DNA of 64,000 bases, taken from Octopus sinensis. Lineage: Eukaryota. Positions 63,046 to 64,000 of the stretch are shown in pieces. The notes under the pieces are model-generated. The model was not told where the DNA came from and searched no databases. It saw only the letters and a list, made by a program, of their open reading frames with translations. The stretch spans positions 73,966,001-74,030,000 of the forward strand of contig NC_043008.1 of the NCBI RefSeq assembly GCF_006345805.1, given 5' to 3'. A program made the translations under genes and the position numbers. Position 1 is the first letter of the stretch. Each line of letters starts with the position of its first letter.

Positions 63046-63136
63046 TTTTAGTACGATCGTTTCATACAAGGACAGGTTTTATTAAAAGTTGCAAAGATTA
63101 CACCATATAAACGAGTCCCGTACTCATCAGCTAAAA
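63046..63136 (-). ncRNA. Minimal type-I hammerhead ribozyme, intact catalytic core
   Basis: TTTTAG-CTGATGA-GTACGGGAC[41 nt]GTCCTTGTAT-GAAA-CGATCG-TA^CTAAAA. 6-bp helix I, ~9-bp helix II, palindromic helix III (ACGATCGT), GUA cleavage triplet. Confidence 0.8.
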
Positions 63137-63286
63137 TACATGTAAGTTCTCTAGACATCCTAGTGTTTGAGGCTATACTCATGAAGTAACGTAGATAATT
63201 AAACAGATTTCTAAAGTTCATTAAAGTTCTTTAAAGATGATGGACAGTCTTATCACAGAATTTTAAAACAGAATATATATACATAT

Positions 63287-63441
63287 ATGCGATGGGCTGC
63301 TTTTAGTTTCCGTCTACCAAATCCACTCACAAGGCTTTGTTCGGCCCGAGGCTACAGCAGAAGACACTTGCCCAAGGTGGCACGCATTGAAACTGAACCC
63401 AGAACCATGTAGTTTGTAAGTAAGCTACTAACCACGCAGCC
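63287..63441 (-). mobile_element. SINE family A, 5' half
   Basis: TTTCCGTCTACCAAATCCACTCACAAGGC...GTAAGCTACTAACCACGCAGCC. Confidence 0.88.
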
Positions 63442-63460
63442 ATATATATGTATGTACATA

Positions 63461-63504
<44 letters not shown>

Positions 63505-63591
63505 TATTCGAGACAAAACCACTATTTTGCAAAACAAACAAGGAAAGACTTAATCAATACATAAAATTTTAATAAATAGTCAAAAAAACCG

Positions 63592-63634
63592 CCACTACAA
63601 TCGTTTCTTGTCTTGATCGACAATCTTCAGGTGG
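63592..63634 (-). ncRNA. Minimal type-I hammerhead ribozyme, intact catalytic core
   Basis: CCAC-CTGAAGA-TTGTC.GATCAA.GACAA-GAAA-CGATTG-TA^GTGG. 4-bp helix I, 5-bp helix II, near-palindromic helix III (ACGATTGT), GUA triplet. Confidence 0.75.
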
Positions 63635-64000
63635 ACTTCCAATCTAAAAATCAATATTTTAAAATATAAAAATAATAATTTTAAAATAATTAAAGTATGA
63701 ATGAAAAAATATAAGTATATAATCCATATATAACCTATCTATAATCCATATATAATCAATATATAAACAATATATAAACTAAAAAAACCTATCAACAATT
63801 AAATATAAAATATAAAATATAAAATATAAAATATAAAATATAAAACAAAACAAAAAAATAATAATAATATAATAATAAACTATATATACACCCATACGCA
63901 TATACCTAATTATATATAACCATATCTAACTACATACACTAAATCACACACCTATATATATATCCCTATACATACACATAAAAATGTCTAGGCAACTATA

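Noticed and set aside
63046-63634. Idea that the two hammerheads activate each other as an intramolecular heterodimer through their compatible helix III palindromes
   Set aside because: The helix III strands could pair (8 bp, one G-U), but the swapped dimer also needs helix I of one motif to pair with helix I' of the other. CCAC vs CUAAAA and UUUUAG vs GUGG are not complementary.
63640-64000. Strongly A-skewed (AAATAT)n-like terminal stretch
   Set aside because: Low-complexity sequence at the window edge, possibly low-quality consensus; no structure beyond simple repeats.

Overview
AT-rich eukaryotic (animal) genomic DNA, almost entirely intergenic or intronic and dense in transposon debris and microsatellites. 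The SINE families and the TA/CA/AAT/GATA microsatellite load look like an Octopus (coleoid cephalopod) genome; this is inferred from recognised repeat families, not from a marker gene. No intact protein-coding gene, rRNA, tRNA gene or CRISPR array is supported, and most ORFs in the supplied track are microsatellite read-throughs. Supported elements: a near full-length but inactivated Rep-PIF1 Helitron (~37760-44004) and a non-autonomous relative with the same termini (17496-20818), each carrying an antisense-nested second Helitron family; a near full-length decayed Tx1/L1-clade LINE (~22810-27950); a Tc1 transposon with TIRs (36426-37693); three Penelope-like elements, one scrambled into alternating orientations; R4/Dong, RTE, CR1, piggyBac and mariner fragments; and many tRNA-derived SINEs. 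The most interesting signals are two minimal type-I hammerhead ribozyme motifs with intact catalytic cores (63046-63136 and 63592-63634, minus strand), three decayed hammerheads elsewhere, several fold-back palindromes, and an unassigned frameshifted ORF remnant (54395-55170) that may be Mab-21/cGAS-like. All alignments and folds were done by eye. Element boundaries are approximate unless a motif is quoted.
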